Virus record (IMG/VR): IMGVR_UViG_3300037010_001838
DNA length: 64,000 bases
Strand: one strand, 5' to 3'
From: a virus
Lineage: Duplodnaviria; Caudoviricetes
A program made the position numbers and the translations under genes. Each line of letters begins with the position of its first letter. Positions within the stretch are counted from its first letter, which is position 1. This document shows positions 30,263 to 39,629 of the stretch, one piece after another. A model generated the notes under the pieces. That model was not told where the DNA came from. It was given only the letters and a program-made list of their open reading frames with translations, and did no database searches.

Positions 30263-32005
30263 TTAAATGGCCGGCTGTTTAGTTCCACCTGGTGGCGGCT
30301 GGGTTCCAACTCCTTGGTTAGGAGGTTGTTGTCCTCCGACTGGTGGAATTCCACCCCCCAAATCTAATCCACCCTCTCCTGGAGGAAGTTGTTCTTCACC
30401 ACCCACTCCACCACCGAAATCACCATCCACTCCACCACCGAAATCACCACCCACTCCGCCTCCGAAGCCGCCTCTCATTCCACCGTCAAGACCAATCTCC
30501 TCGCTACCATAAAGAAGTGCAATGTCAGAACCATCTGGTGATTGTTTAACTTTCTTCTCTTGTCTTAATAACATTTCATTCTGAACTATCTCATCATCTG
30601 TTAATTGCAAATAACGCGAAAGAGCAAATCGTTTGGATAAGTAAGGAATACTTTCAGCTGATGCCATATTATTGATTAGATTAGAATCTAAATCAGCTCT
30701 TCTGTGTTGTTCATAATTATTTGGTGTTGGAATTCTAATTCTGTATGTAGATTCATCAATATTGATGTTACAATTACGGAGATATAATTTAAATTCTTTG
30801 TCAATAACATTTTCAATAGGAGATTGAAGTCGTTCCACATAACGAGCAAATTGCAGTTCCTCTATGTAAGCTGCCCCAACTTTACCATCATTAAATATAC
30901 CACCTTCTGCCCCTGGTTTCATCCAAGATTTTGGAACACGTAATCCACGTAATACTTTATCAACAAAATAATCCAAATCTGTTAATTCTCCCAAACCTTG
31001 TCCACCTGGAAGTGTTTCTACTTTTGACCCACGACCATCTGGATGGGAAGCAAAAAAGAAATCCTCTGTCATAGATTGAGGGTTATATACTGAATCAACA
31101 GATTCTTTTCCACCCATTTGAGATGGGATTTTCTTTTGTCTAATTTCATTCTTTACTGTTTCAAGATATTGTTTAACACGATGGGGCGGCATTTTCCCGA
31201 CATCCATATAAAACACACGACGTTCCGGGGCTCTAACGATTCGGTAAATTATAATTGCATCTTCAAGTAACTCTTTTTGTTTGTGTGAACGATACACACT
31301 ACGAAGAACAGAATCACCAAAAGGAGCAGATTCAGACATATCGTCATTCAAAGAAAATCTAACAATATCTTGCATCGTCACATATTCTGTTTCATACGGT
31401 TCACCAACGGAAACAGTGTTCATTCCGGGAGTTCCATCTCCAGGCGCACCACCCGCAGTTCTCGGTCGTTTTGTATCTGTTCTGATTACAAAACCCTTAA
31501 CTTTAGTTACATCGTCTGCGTCAACATAAGCTGCTAACACATTTGCTGCTGGTATCCATTCCCATGGAGTATGAGGAGAACGTTTTCGGAAAAAACAATC
31601 ACCATATTTGATTGTATTACGAGAAATTTTAAACAATCTTGTTTTCCAATTATGAATTCCAGACCAATGGCGTAAAGCAGCTCTTATCGTCATAACTAAA
31701 GTATCTTCAACTAATAAACCTTCTTCTGTTTCAATTTCAACATCTAACGGTAAATTAGTTGCCGCATTTTTTGTTGTCATTTCTTCAGCAATGGTATCCA
31801 ACGCTCGAGTAATTTCAATATCATTGTCCATAATATCATATTCACGATATCGTGTTAACCGTGTGGCTGAACCTTGAACGAGTCGTTGATACCATGTATA
31901 ATTTCCGTATGTAGCATATTGTCCATCCATCCCCTGGCTGTCCTGAACTACAGATGTTTCTTGGTTTGGAGATACAAACTTGAAATAATCTACAAATTTT
32001 CCCAT
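30263..32005 (-). CDS. gp20: Portal protein (gp20-like)
   Basis: LLEDAIIIYRIVRAPERRVFYMDVGKMP, EDFFF..GRGSKVETLPGGQGLGE. Confidence 0.97.
   Translation of the reverse strand: MGKFVDYFKFVSPNQETSVVQDSQGMDGQYATYGNYTWYQRLVQGSATRLTRYREYDIMDNDIEITRALDTIAEEMTTKNAATNLPLDVEIETEEGLLVEDTLVMTIRAALRHWSGIHNWKTRLFKISRNTIKYGDCFFRKRSPHTPWEWIPAANVLAAYVDADDVTKVKGFVIRTDTKRPRTAGGAPGDGTPGMNTVSVGEPYETEYVTMQDIVRFSLNDDMSESAPFGDSVLRSVYRSHKQKELLEDAIIIYRIVRAPERRVFYMDVGKMPPHRVKQYLETVKNEIRQKKIPSQMGGKESVDSVYNPQSMTEDFFFASHPDGRGSKVETLPGGQGLGELTDLDYFVDKVLRGLRVPKSWMKPGAEGGIFNDGKVGAAYIEELQFARYVERLQSPIENVIDKEFKLYLRNCNINIDESTYRIRIPTPNNYEQHRRADLDSNLINNMASAESIPYLSKRFALSRYLQLTDDEIVQNEMLLRQEKKVKQSPDGSDIALLYGSEEIGLDGGMRGGFGGGVGGDFGGGVDGDFGGGVGGEEQLPPGEGGLDLGGGIPPVGGQQPPNQGVGTQPPPGGTKQPAI
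30400..30471 (-). repeat. Three 24-bp tandem units encoding G(G/D)FGGGV(G/D)
   Basis: cacccactccaccaccgaaatcac-type units in the portal C-terminal tail. Confidence 0.8.
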
Positions 32006-32062
32006 AATTTTCTTCTTTGTTGTTAATAAGTATTTATTGTTAAATATCCAGAGGAATTCTTA

Positions 32063-34957
32063 TCATACAGCGGATGGATTATTAATTGGTAAAATCGCTG
32101 CCAATTTTCCCATCTTCGTGCGTTCTTGTATAATTTTTTCATTTTCAACTGTTTGGTATGCTTGATTCAAATTTTGGGTTGCAATACTAGTTTTTTCTGA
32201 ATGTTTCACATTTACTCCCAATGTATTTGAAATAATCTGCAACTGTGTTACCATCATATCCAATTGTGAAGAAGTTTGTTGTTGAACATCGTTCATACTT
32301 TGGAATGCTTTTGGTGCTGAACCAGTTGGAATTGTTGGGGTTGAAGTTTGGTTTTTTCCAGTTAAAGTCCCCCAGTTATCATACAATCCATAGGCACCAC
32401 CAACTATTCCACCTATCGCTCCACCTATCGCAGTTCCTGCAGGTCCAACCAAACTTCCTAACATTGCTCCTGTCCCAGCCATATTCAAGGCATCACTACC
32501 TACATCTGCAAAAGCTCCTGTTTTCGTATCTCTCCCAACATAATCCGACAAACCACCTAAAGCTGCAGATCCAATCCAACCAAGTCCACCTTTTCCCATT
32601 CCTTTTAACATAGTTTTTGTGTTTAAATATTTTCCATTGGATAACACTTTTCCAAGTCTACTACTTCCAGCCCCTGAAACGGGAGTTGGTCCACCACCTC
32701 CACCAAAAATAGAACCCAAAGATTGACCAATCCCCTTTGTAGCTAACATTTTTCCTAACCCCAACCCAGGACTTAACAATAATGACCCAGCTAATGTACC
32801 TCCAAATAATGCCATCATAGTTGCTCCAGCCCCAGTACTTCCAACTTTCTTCACTAAACCTCCTGCAGCCTCCGCCCCACCAGCAACTGTATCAGCAAAC
32901 ATTTTTACACTTTTTCCAAAATCCTCAACATACGCATACATGTTTCCTTTTGATGCAGTTGCAACTTCAACAGTCTTGGTAAATTCTTCACCCATCTTAA
33001 CAAGACCACCCATTTTTCCACCAATCCCTTCTCCACCTGCCGCAGCAATTTGTTCTTTAGTAGCCAAATTTCCAGTAGCAGCGAGACGTTGCTTCTCTTT
33101 CGTCAATCCTACCATAGTTCCAACATTTGAACCTTGACCTGACTCAAACTGTTCTCTTAAAGCTCTCGCAACAAAAGCAGATTGATTATCAGAGCCCATC
33201 ATTTGCGTTTTCAATAAACCTGCTTGATGTTTAGCTAACAACGCAACAGCTTTATCAGACATTTCTCTGCCCAACATTATCTGTTGAATTTCTTTCATAA
33301 CACCCGTTCCGGACATCCCAGCTTGAGACAATTCTACTGCAACCATTCCAGCATGTTTAGCTGAATCTGGAATAGTTTCTGCTTGTAACCCTGCAAGAGC
33401 TTTAGCATAAGCATTTGCTTGTTCTGTTGACATTCCTACAGCACCGAATTCTAACTGACGAGACCTAATACTCTTCATTAACGCATCTGCCTCTTTCCCT
33501 CGCAAACCCTGTAACTTCAACTGAATATTCGAATCACCCATCATCGCGTTAGTGCTATCCATTATTGATTGAGCACTTTCACCCGTCAACAAATTCATCC
33601 GCGAAAGATGTTTTCCCCACGTTGTTGTCCCTTGAGACATCGTTTGAGTTCCATCCGAAAACGCTTTAGTGAAATGTTGGGTTGACAACATCAATTGAGC
33701 TGCACCACCAGCACTACCTGTAAGTTCTAAAAATGCATTACTGTGCTCTTTTAAATTTTTAGTTGTTTGTTCAATTCCTTCTTTACCGAAAAATGCTGCA
33801 CTTTTGTTTAATGCCATAATTTTTTGTAATTCTGGAGCAGTCATTCTCAACTGAAGTGCAAATGCAGCCATAGGTCCAACACCAGTCTCAAAAGCTGTTT
33901 TTGCTTGGTCCATGGCTTCAATAGCAAGTTCTTTTGAAACATCAATTCCAATCTTCACAATTGCCGCCGGGAGTTGTTTTGCTAATGCACCCAACATAGA
34001 CGAACCTTGGTTTCTCATTAAAGCAGCCTCGGCAGCATTTCCTCCCATTTTCCCAATAGCTTTGTCAAACAAACTTTCTTTTAGATTGTCTTTAAAACCT
34101 TTAATACTTTTATCCGCTTTTTCAAAATCAGAAACTAAATTAATAGTTCCTTTGTTTAATGCTTTCGTTCCCTTAATTTCGTCTGCTTTCAGATCTTTGA
34201 GTGTGGTATCACTCTTGATCATATCTAATACAAGATGTCCTTCTTTCTTCTGTTGTTCAGCAGTTACACTAGTCAATGCACCATGCTTTTGCATTTCACT
34301 AACCGTTTTTTCAAGAATTTGGTCATATTGTTTTTGAAGTTTATATGTTTCAACATCCATTGGGTTAGATTTAGCAATCTCTTCTTTTAATCTATCTAAT
34401 TCAGCCACATTGGAAGCAATTGCTCTTCTCGACTGTCCGAGTTCAACACTAGCACCCCTTAAAGCTCGAAACACATTATCAAAATCTTCAACAGTTTTTA
34501 CGCTAACACCTTTCAAAGCAGCTTCAATAAATTTATTTCCCGAAGAAATTCCATCTTTTAATTTGTCAAACGCTTCTGGGAGCTCTTTATTGGCTTTTTT
34601 AAGATCACTAACTGTTTCGTAAAAATTTGCAACAACTTCCGATGCGTACTTGCTTTGAAGTCGTGCTTTTGTTATATTGTCTACTTGAACTTTATTGAAA
34701 GAATCCATCGATTTAACAAAAGTTCCGGATGATTTAATAACACCAAAAAATCTTGCTGATAATGAATCAGCAGCTTTTGTTAAATTTCGAAAATCGACGT
34801 TTGCTTCAGAATTTCTTGCTCTGTTTACACCGCCTGTAGTACCCGACGTAGTACCATAAGCTTTCGAAAAAGAAGCACTTTGTCCTGCCGCCGACTGTAA
34901 AGAACTCAACAAACTTGAAGCAATTTGTTGAACATCAGATTGGTTTAGAGTAGCCAT
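32063..34957 (-). CDS. Probable tape measure protein
   Basis: 964 aa, helical A/K/G-rich with GGAIGGIVGGAYG glycine-zipper segment; beside gp26-like gene. Confidence 0.65.
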   Translation of the reverse strand: MATLNQSDVQQIASSLLSSLQSAAGQSASFSKAYGTTSGTTGGVNRARNSEANVDFRNLTKAADSLSARFFGVIKSSGTFVKSMDSFNKVQVDNITKARLQSKYASEVVANFYETVSDLKKANKELPEAFDKLKDGISSGNKFIEAALKGVSVKTVEDFDNVFRALRGASVELGQSRRAIASNVAELDRLKEEIAKSNPMDVETYKLQKQYDQILEKTVSEMQKHGALTSVTAEQQKKEGHLVLDMIKSDTTLKDLKADEIKGTKALNKGTINLVSDFEKADKSIKGFKDNLKESLFDKAIGKMGGNAAEAALMRNQGSSMLGALAKQLPAAIVKIGIDVSKELAIEAMDQAKTAFETGVGPMAAFALQLRMTAPELQKIMALNKSAAFFGKEGIEQTTKNLKEHSNAFLELTGSAGGAAQLMLSTQHFTKAFSDGTQTMSQGTTTWGKHLSRMNLLTGESAQSIMDSTNAMMGDSNIQLKLQGLRGKEADALMKSIRSRQLEFGAVGMSTEQANAYAKALAGLQAETIPDSAKHAGMVAVELSQAGMSGTGVMKEIQQIMLGREMSDKAVALLAKHQAGLLKTQMMGSDNQSAFVARALREQFESGQGSNVGTMVGLTKEKQRLAATGNLATKEQIAAAGGEGIGGKMGGLVKMGEEFTKTVEVATASKGNMYAYVEDFGKSVKMFADTVAGGAEAAGGLVKKVGSTGAGATMMALFGGTLAGSLLLSPGLGLGKMLATKGIGQSLGSIFGGGGGPTPVSGAGSSRLGKVLSNGKYLNTKTMLKGMGKGGLGWIGSAALGGLSDYVGRDTKTGAFADVGSDALNMAGTGAMLGSLVGPAGTAIGGAIGGIVGGAYGLYDNWGTLTGKNQTSTPTIPTGSAPKAFQSMNDVQQQTSSQLDMMVTQLQIISNTLGVNVKHSEKTSIATQNLNQAYQTVENEKIIQERTKMGKLAAILPINNPSAV

Positions 34958-35044
34958 AAAAAGTCCTAATAAGTATACATATTTACAATGATATGATAGG
35001 GTCTAATAATCCATTATATATATTAAAATAAACAAGGAGATATC

Positions 35045-35839
35045 ATGGATGTACAATCACAAGAAATCAAATCCAATCCACTTTTAGAACGAATTAAAAT
35101 CCCAGGAGAAACAGTTCGGTTACCATCAAATGGGTTATTTTACAAAAATGGTGAATTGAGTGATGATGTTCGAAATGGAGAAATCCACTTATATCCTTTA
35201 ACAGCGATGAGTGAAATTCTGTTACGGAGTCCTGATAAGATGTTAAATGGAGATGCGCTTCTTGAAGTGTTTGCTCAATGTGCTCCTCAAATTAAAAACC
35301 CAATGAATATGTTATCAAAAGACATCGACTATATTATGACGGCAATTCGAAAAGTTACTTATGGTGATGTTATCGACGTAAATTACACACATAATTGCAA
35401 GGATGCTAAAAGTCATGCATATTCAATCTCCTTATCAAAAATTCTAGCTGCTTCCAAACCAATAGATCCAACACAACTCAACGTTGATTTTTCAATGACA
35501 ATGCCTAATTATCAAGTCATCAAGCTTCAACCGATGAGATTTAATAACATTATTAATATAATGCAATCTATTAACGATCAACAACAAGATGATGGTTTAG
35601 GAGATCAGTTAATACGGTCAGTAGCATTTATGATTGTTGCTGTTGATGAAATAACAGATAGTGATATGATAATCGATTGGTTAAAATCTATTCCAGTTGC
35701 ATGGTTCAACGATATATCAAAAACAATTGAAAAAGGTAGTGAATGGGGTCCAGATTTTCATTATACGGCTGAATGTGTTGACTGCGGGCAGGAGGTAGAG
35801 TTGTCAGTTACACTCAACCCGCTAACTTTTTTTATGTAA
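35045..35839 (+). CDS. Baseplate hub assembly protein (T4 gp26-like)
   Basis: VRLPSNGLFY..YPLT..CxxC near C-terminus ending LNPLTFF. Confidence 0.7.
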   Translation: MDVQSQEIKSNPLLERIKIPGETVRLPSNGLFYKNGELSDDVRNGEIHLYPLTAMSEILLRSPDKMLNGDALLEVFAQCAPQIKNPMNMLSKDIDYIMTAIRKVTYGDVIDVNYTHNCKDAKSHAYSISLSKILAASKPIDPTQLNVDFSMTMPNYQVIKLQPMRFNNIINIMQSINDQQQDDGLGDQLIRSVAFMIVAVDEITDSDMIIDWLKSIPVAWFNDISKTIEKGSEWGPDFHYTAECVDCGQEVELSVTLNPLTFFM

Positions 35840-36063
35840 TTCTTCGGTGGGGTTCTACTGAAGAAAAAATAAATCACATTAAACAACTTCAACGTGAGGC
35901 AGAGGCAATAATTGAAAATATTGTCAATATGATTTATTTCATGCGTGGGAGTGTACAATACACTGAAGCTATGTATATGACATATCCTGAACGTCGAATC
36001 ATTGATAATTTTTTAAAAAAGAGATTCGAACAAGAATCAAAGCGCCCAACACCAATCTATTAA
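35833..36063 (+). CDS. gp51-like ORF, probably reached by -1 frameshift from the gp26-like gene
   Basis: Not in ORF track. Stop-free frame YVILRWGSTEE...FMRGSVQYTEAM..YPERRII...IY*; no ATG/GTG/TTG until 35929; slippery T TTT TTT at 35827-35833. Confidence 0.6.
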   Translation, partial: YVILRWGSTEEKINHIKQLQREAEAIIENIVNMIYFMRGSVQYTEAMYMTYPERRIIDNFLKKRFEQESKRPTPIY

Positions 36064-37667
36064 TACACTTGTTGGAACGCCTCTAACCACCATTTTGGGA
36101 TCATGTACCTCGTTTTATTCATAAGATAACCAAAAGAACTATCTAAAATGTATACAGTACCCCAATCATTCTTGGATCTAACGACTCGTCCGGACCCTTG
36201 AATGATTTCAATTAGTGCCTGTCTCATATACCATTGTTGGGATAGTTCCATTTTCCGTTTAATCCACTCATCCCCCAAAAACCCAAACGGAACCTTTGCG
36301 AATATTGCAAAACGTGACAAGTCATCAAATAAATCCAATCCTTCTGTTATACTTGGTGATATTAGTAGTCCAGGTTTATCGTTTTTTTGAAAACCATCAA
36401 TTATCATTCCTCTCTCCATCCCACTGTCAGGATTGTGATGAAAGATTTTATGAGGAATTTTGTCTGTTAACTCTCCTATTATCCACTTTGAAATTGCGAA
36501 ATTTGCAGTATGAATAATACCCGATTCACTCGAATGGTGATCGTTTAACAGTTTAATAAGTGTTGAACTTAATTCTTTTCTGCCTGTTCTGTTTTGATCT
36601 TCTTTCCACGAAGCGTTCATTTTCATAACTGGCATGTAAAAGATTGGACGATGTTCTTTGGGAAATTCAGAATCCAACGAAAGAAAAGCTGTTTCTTTTT
36701 CATTTATACCTAAATCAGCACAGAATTGTTTATAATCAAGAACAGTAGATGATAGAAATAAGAATTTTTCTGCACGTGGCTCTAATATTGATTGAAAACT
36801 GTGAGCAGCAGACAATCTCTTAAATTTAATAAAATTTGGGTCTTTTATAAGAACATACAAATCTTCAATTTGTTCTACATCACTCCCAGTTATAAGAGCT
36901 TCAATGGTTCCAGCGTGTTCCGACAGTGAGTTCAATTCCCGAATTTTTTTAATATCTTCATTGGATTCAACAGAATAAGCTGAATCAAGCATGTATGAAT
37001 ATTCTTCCGTCATTTCATCAACGAGCTGTAACAATGCTTCCAGATACGTGTATTGTAACCATTTAAAGGCCAATGTTATATTCGGGAATTCTTTATATGG
37101 GAGATTGTATTTCTCGCATCGTTTTTTTGAAATTAAAACAGAATCAAATTCTGTTAATTCTTGTTCCATATTATGACACTCGTCAAATATCATCAACTTT
37201 CGTGTACTTTTAAATATTGTTGTAAAACCCAACAACAACAATGCGAGCTTATAGTTTAAAACAACATGGGGTCTTACCTTAGCTAAAGTCTTCGCGTATT
37301 CGTGTGGACAAGCAGAACATTTTGGTTTTAGAATACCTCCAATGTCACAAGTTGTATTTCTTGATGTACATTTATAGTTACCTTTTCCATATAACGTTGC
37401 GAGAATTGGAGGTGAAATGCGTTCAAATGTTTTTTCGTATTGGTGTTGTAAAACTTTTTGTGGTGTAAGAATGTAGGAACCATTAGGAAGGTTCTTTCCA
37501 TTGTTTAAGTATTCTGCGAATGTTAAGGCGATATCAGATTTACCTCCACCGACTGGAATTTCACATATGATATACTTTGCACTTTGTTTTTCTATCCACT
37601 CGAGTGCTGTAATTTGAGATTCTCTGGGTTTGTGTGTATTTGGAGTAAAGTAATTTAATATTGTCAT
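36060..37667 (-). CDS. DinG/XPD-family SF2 helicase
   Basis: PVGGGKS, Cys cluster C..C..CxxC, IFDECH, EGLDL, QGSGRVVR..DWGTVYILDS. Confidence 0.85.
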   Translation of the reverse strand: MTILNYFTPNTHKPRESQITALEWIEKQSAKYIICEIPVGGGKSDIALTFAEYLNNGKNLPNGSYILTPQKVLQHQYEKTFERISPPILATLYGKGNYKCTSRNTTCDIGGILKPKCSACPHEYAKTLAKVRPHVVLNYKLALLLLGFTTIFKSTRKLMIFDECHNMEQELTEFDSVLISKKRCEKYNLPYKEFPNITLAFKWLQYTYLEALLQLVDEMTEEYSYMLDSAYSVESNEDIKKIRELNSLSEHAGTIEALITGSDVEQIEDLYVLIKDPNFIKFKRLSAAHSFQSILEPRAEKFLFLSSTVLDYKQFCADLGINEKETAFLSLDSEFPKEHRPIFYMPVMKMNASWKEDQNRTGRKELSSTLIKLLNDHHSSESGIIHTANFAISKWIIGELTDKIPHKIFHHNPDSGMERGMIIDGFQKNDKPGLLISPSITEGLDLFDDLSRFAIFAKVPFGFLGDEWIKRKMELSQQWYMRQALIEIIQGSGRVVRSKNDWGTVYILDSSFGYLMNKTRYMIPKWWLEAFQQVY

Positions 37668-37741
37668 TGACAGTTCTTTTTATGAGGATTTCAAATAGTA
37701 TACATTATTCCTGTATACTATTCAACAATCACACAGCCCAA

Positions 37742-38242
37742 TTAGTTGTTAAACGGTGAATATTGAAGTGTGTTTTTAATAAACTCAACTCTTTCTACGT
37801 TAGTTTTTCCGTTCGTCCATTGCCACTGATTTCCTTGTTCTCTCAACTTACAAGCTATTCGGAAATTTCCTATGAACTCAATTGGTAGTAAAAATACGTC
37901 ATGCAATATTCCCAAAGTGACGGGAACAACAAAACCAATGATTGATGTTAGAAAGAATATAAACAAATTCATCAACACGTTTCCTGTTATATCGCGAGGT
38001 TTAAATGAATCACTTGTGATAACACCAATTGAGGCAGCAAGTGCAAGTGCTTTTGCGTCGAACAGCCAAATATACCAAGTCCAGATAGCTCGGTGAGTTA
38101 AGGAACCACCAGCAAACAAACCATCAATGTACCATCCAGCAAAAAATTCCGGGAACTCGTTAGTTGGTTGGTTAACTTCATTCAGCAACGCGGCGTTTAA
38201 TTCATTAACGTATATAATTTCAGGTTCTAGTTCATCAGACAT
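37742..38242 (-). CDS. Hypothetical protein with hydrophobic segment
   Basis: ORF; hydrophobic stretch LFIFFLTSIIGFVVPVTLGIL. Confidence 0.5.
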   Translation of the reverse strand: MSDELEPEIIYVNELNAALLNEVNQPTNEFPEFFAGWYIDGLFAGGSLTHRAIWTWYIWLFDAKALALAASIGVITSDSFKPRDITGNVLMNLFIFFLTSIIGFVVPVTLGILHDVFLLPIEFIGNFRIACKLREQGNQWQWTNGKTNVERVEFIKNTLQYSPFNN

Positions 38243-38291
38243 CGTAGGCCCTTAAAAGGTTGAAAACAATTTAACTATACCCCAAAACAGA

Positions 38292-38315
38292 AAAAGGTCA
38301 ACGAATTGACCTTTT
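38292..38315 (-). terminator. UUCG-loop terminator
   Basis: Minus strand AAAAGGTCAA-TTCG-TTGACCTTTT followed by a U-rich run. Confidence 0.75.
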
Positions 38316-38332
38316 CTCTTGATTGAATGTTT

Positions 38333-38722
38333 TTAATTATTGAAAATGGCTACAGGTTCTCTACTCATTGTTGGTTGACTTGGTTCCGTTGTTCCACTAC
38401 CACCACCGTTCGGTTCTGTTGTAAGTGAATCAACAACCTCTTGATAATCATCAATATCCAAAGGTGAATGTCTAAAACTTGTAAGAATTAAAGCATTTGC
38501 AAACTGATGAAGCATTACATCGTCTTTGCAGTCTTCGTGTGCCCATTCCATGATACGAATTAAAGTAGGAACATCCATAGCGATTACATCAGGATGGTCT
38601 TGTGTTTGTTTTGAAAATATATTAGCTGCTGGATTCGGTTCTTGATTATCTCCACCTTGTCTCATGGATGTATCAAATGAAAATTCCCCATCCATCATTT
38701 CCTTAAGTAATTTAAAAGACAT
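38333..38722 (-). CDS. Hypothetical late protein
   Basis: GGAGAG SD, late promoter at 38744-38751, own terminator. Confidence 0.65.
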   Translation of the reverse strand: MSFKLLKEMMDGEFSFDTSMRQGGDNQEPNPAANIFSKQTQDHPDVIAMDVPTLIRIMEWAHEDCKDDVMLHQFANALILTSFRHSPLDIDDYQEVVDSLTTEPNGGGSGTTEPSQPTMSREPVAIFNN

Positions 38723-38732
38723 TTAATCTCTC

Positions 38733-39233
38733 CTATTTTGTAGTATTTATAGTAGACGCATATTTAGACAAAAAATAAGCATCCGCTAAATCTGTAAGAC
38801 CGGTGGTTTTTTTGTATCCAGCATCGATGAACTTGTCTTTAACTTCTTGTGGTAGGGCATCTACCATTTGTGCTTTTTCAGATTTCCCACTTCCAGTTGC
38901 AAATTTTTTTAATGAAAGAGGAGTTACTACTACAGGATTAAACCCGTAATTGCGTAGCGAAGTTACTAATACAAAAAATAACCCAGCCAAATCACGGGTA
39001 GCGTCTCCTCTCATCCCAAATGCCAATCCCTCTATTGTGATATTTACTGGCCTGTGTTTTTCAACATACTGGATGATTTGTTTTGTAATGATAGTGCAGC
39101 GATCGACCTTATCACCGTCTTTATCGGTAGTTTTAATGGTTCCAAAATCAATAAGATTGCTGTCATTATCTAAAAGACAATACCCAAAAGATTTGTATGA
39201 TTGATCGAGTCCCAGAAACATAAAATACCCCAA
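38733..39233 (-). CDS. ruvC: RuvC-like Holliday junction resolvase
   Basis: FLGLDQSY, ITIEG, LKKFATGSGKSEK, DLADAY catalytic D/E/D/D. Confidence 0.85.
   Translation of the reverse strand: MGYFMFLGLDQSYKSFGYCLLDNDSNLIDFGTIKTTDKDGDKVDRCTIITKQIIQYVEKHRPVNITIEGLAFGMRGDATRDLAGLFFVLVTSLRNYGFNPVVVTPLSLKKFATGSGKSEKAQMVDALPQEVKDKFIDAGYKKTTGLTDLADAYFLSKYASTINTTK
38744..38751 (-). promoter_or_regulatory. T4-type late promoter TATAAATA
   Basis: Exact consensus overlapping the 3' end of the resolvase gene. Confidence 0.6.
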
Positions 39234-39275
39234 AAGTTGAGAATATTTACGTCAATATTTCAAATAGTTACCTGA

Positions 39276-39629
39276 GTGAACTACCACATTGAACAATGTG
39301 GTAGTTTATTGACTGTTATCAAACACTTAATTCCAGTGTTAAAAAACAAAGGTTATAGGACACAAGCCAACAGATTAGATTCCTCGGTTAATACTTATTC
39401 CAAAAAAATGTCGGCATTATTTGGTTCAAGAGAAGAAGAACCGGAAAAGAAAAAACCAAAGAATGATGATCATTCTGGGCAGATTAACCAAGCTACAAAA
39501 ATTGTAATGGATACAATTAAAGGTTTACCAGATAATATCCAACATAGTGTTAGAACAGAAGTTGCCCGAAGAGGGAACACACCAACTGCTCTCAACCAAG
39601 TATTGTCAGACAGAGGAACAAAACTTTAA
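39276..39629 (+). CDS. Hypothetical protein
   Basis: GTG-start ORF filling the gap between convergent genes. Confidence 0.45.
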   Translation: MNYHIEQCGSLLTVIKHLIPVLKNKGYRTQANRLDSSVNTYSKKMSALFGSREEEPEKKKPKNDDHSGQINQATKIVMDTIKGLPDNIQHSVRTEVARRGNTPTALNQVLSDRGTKL

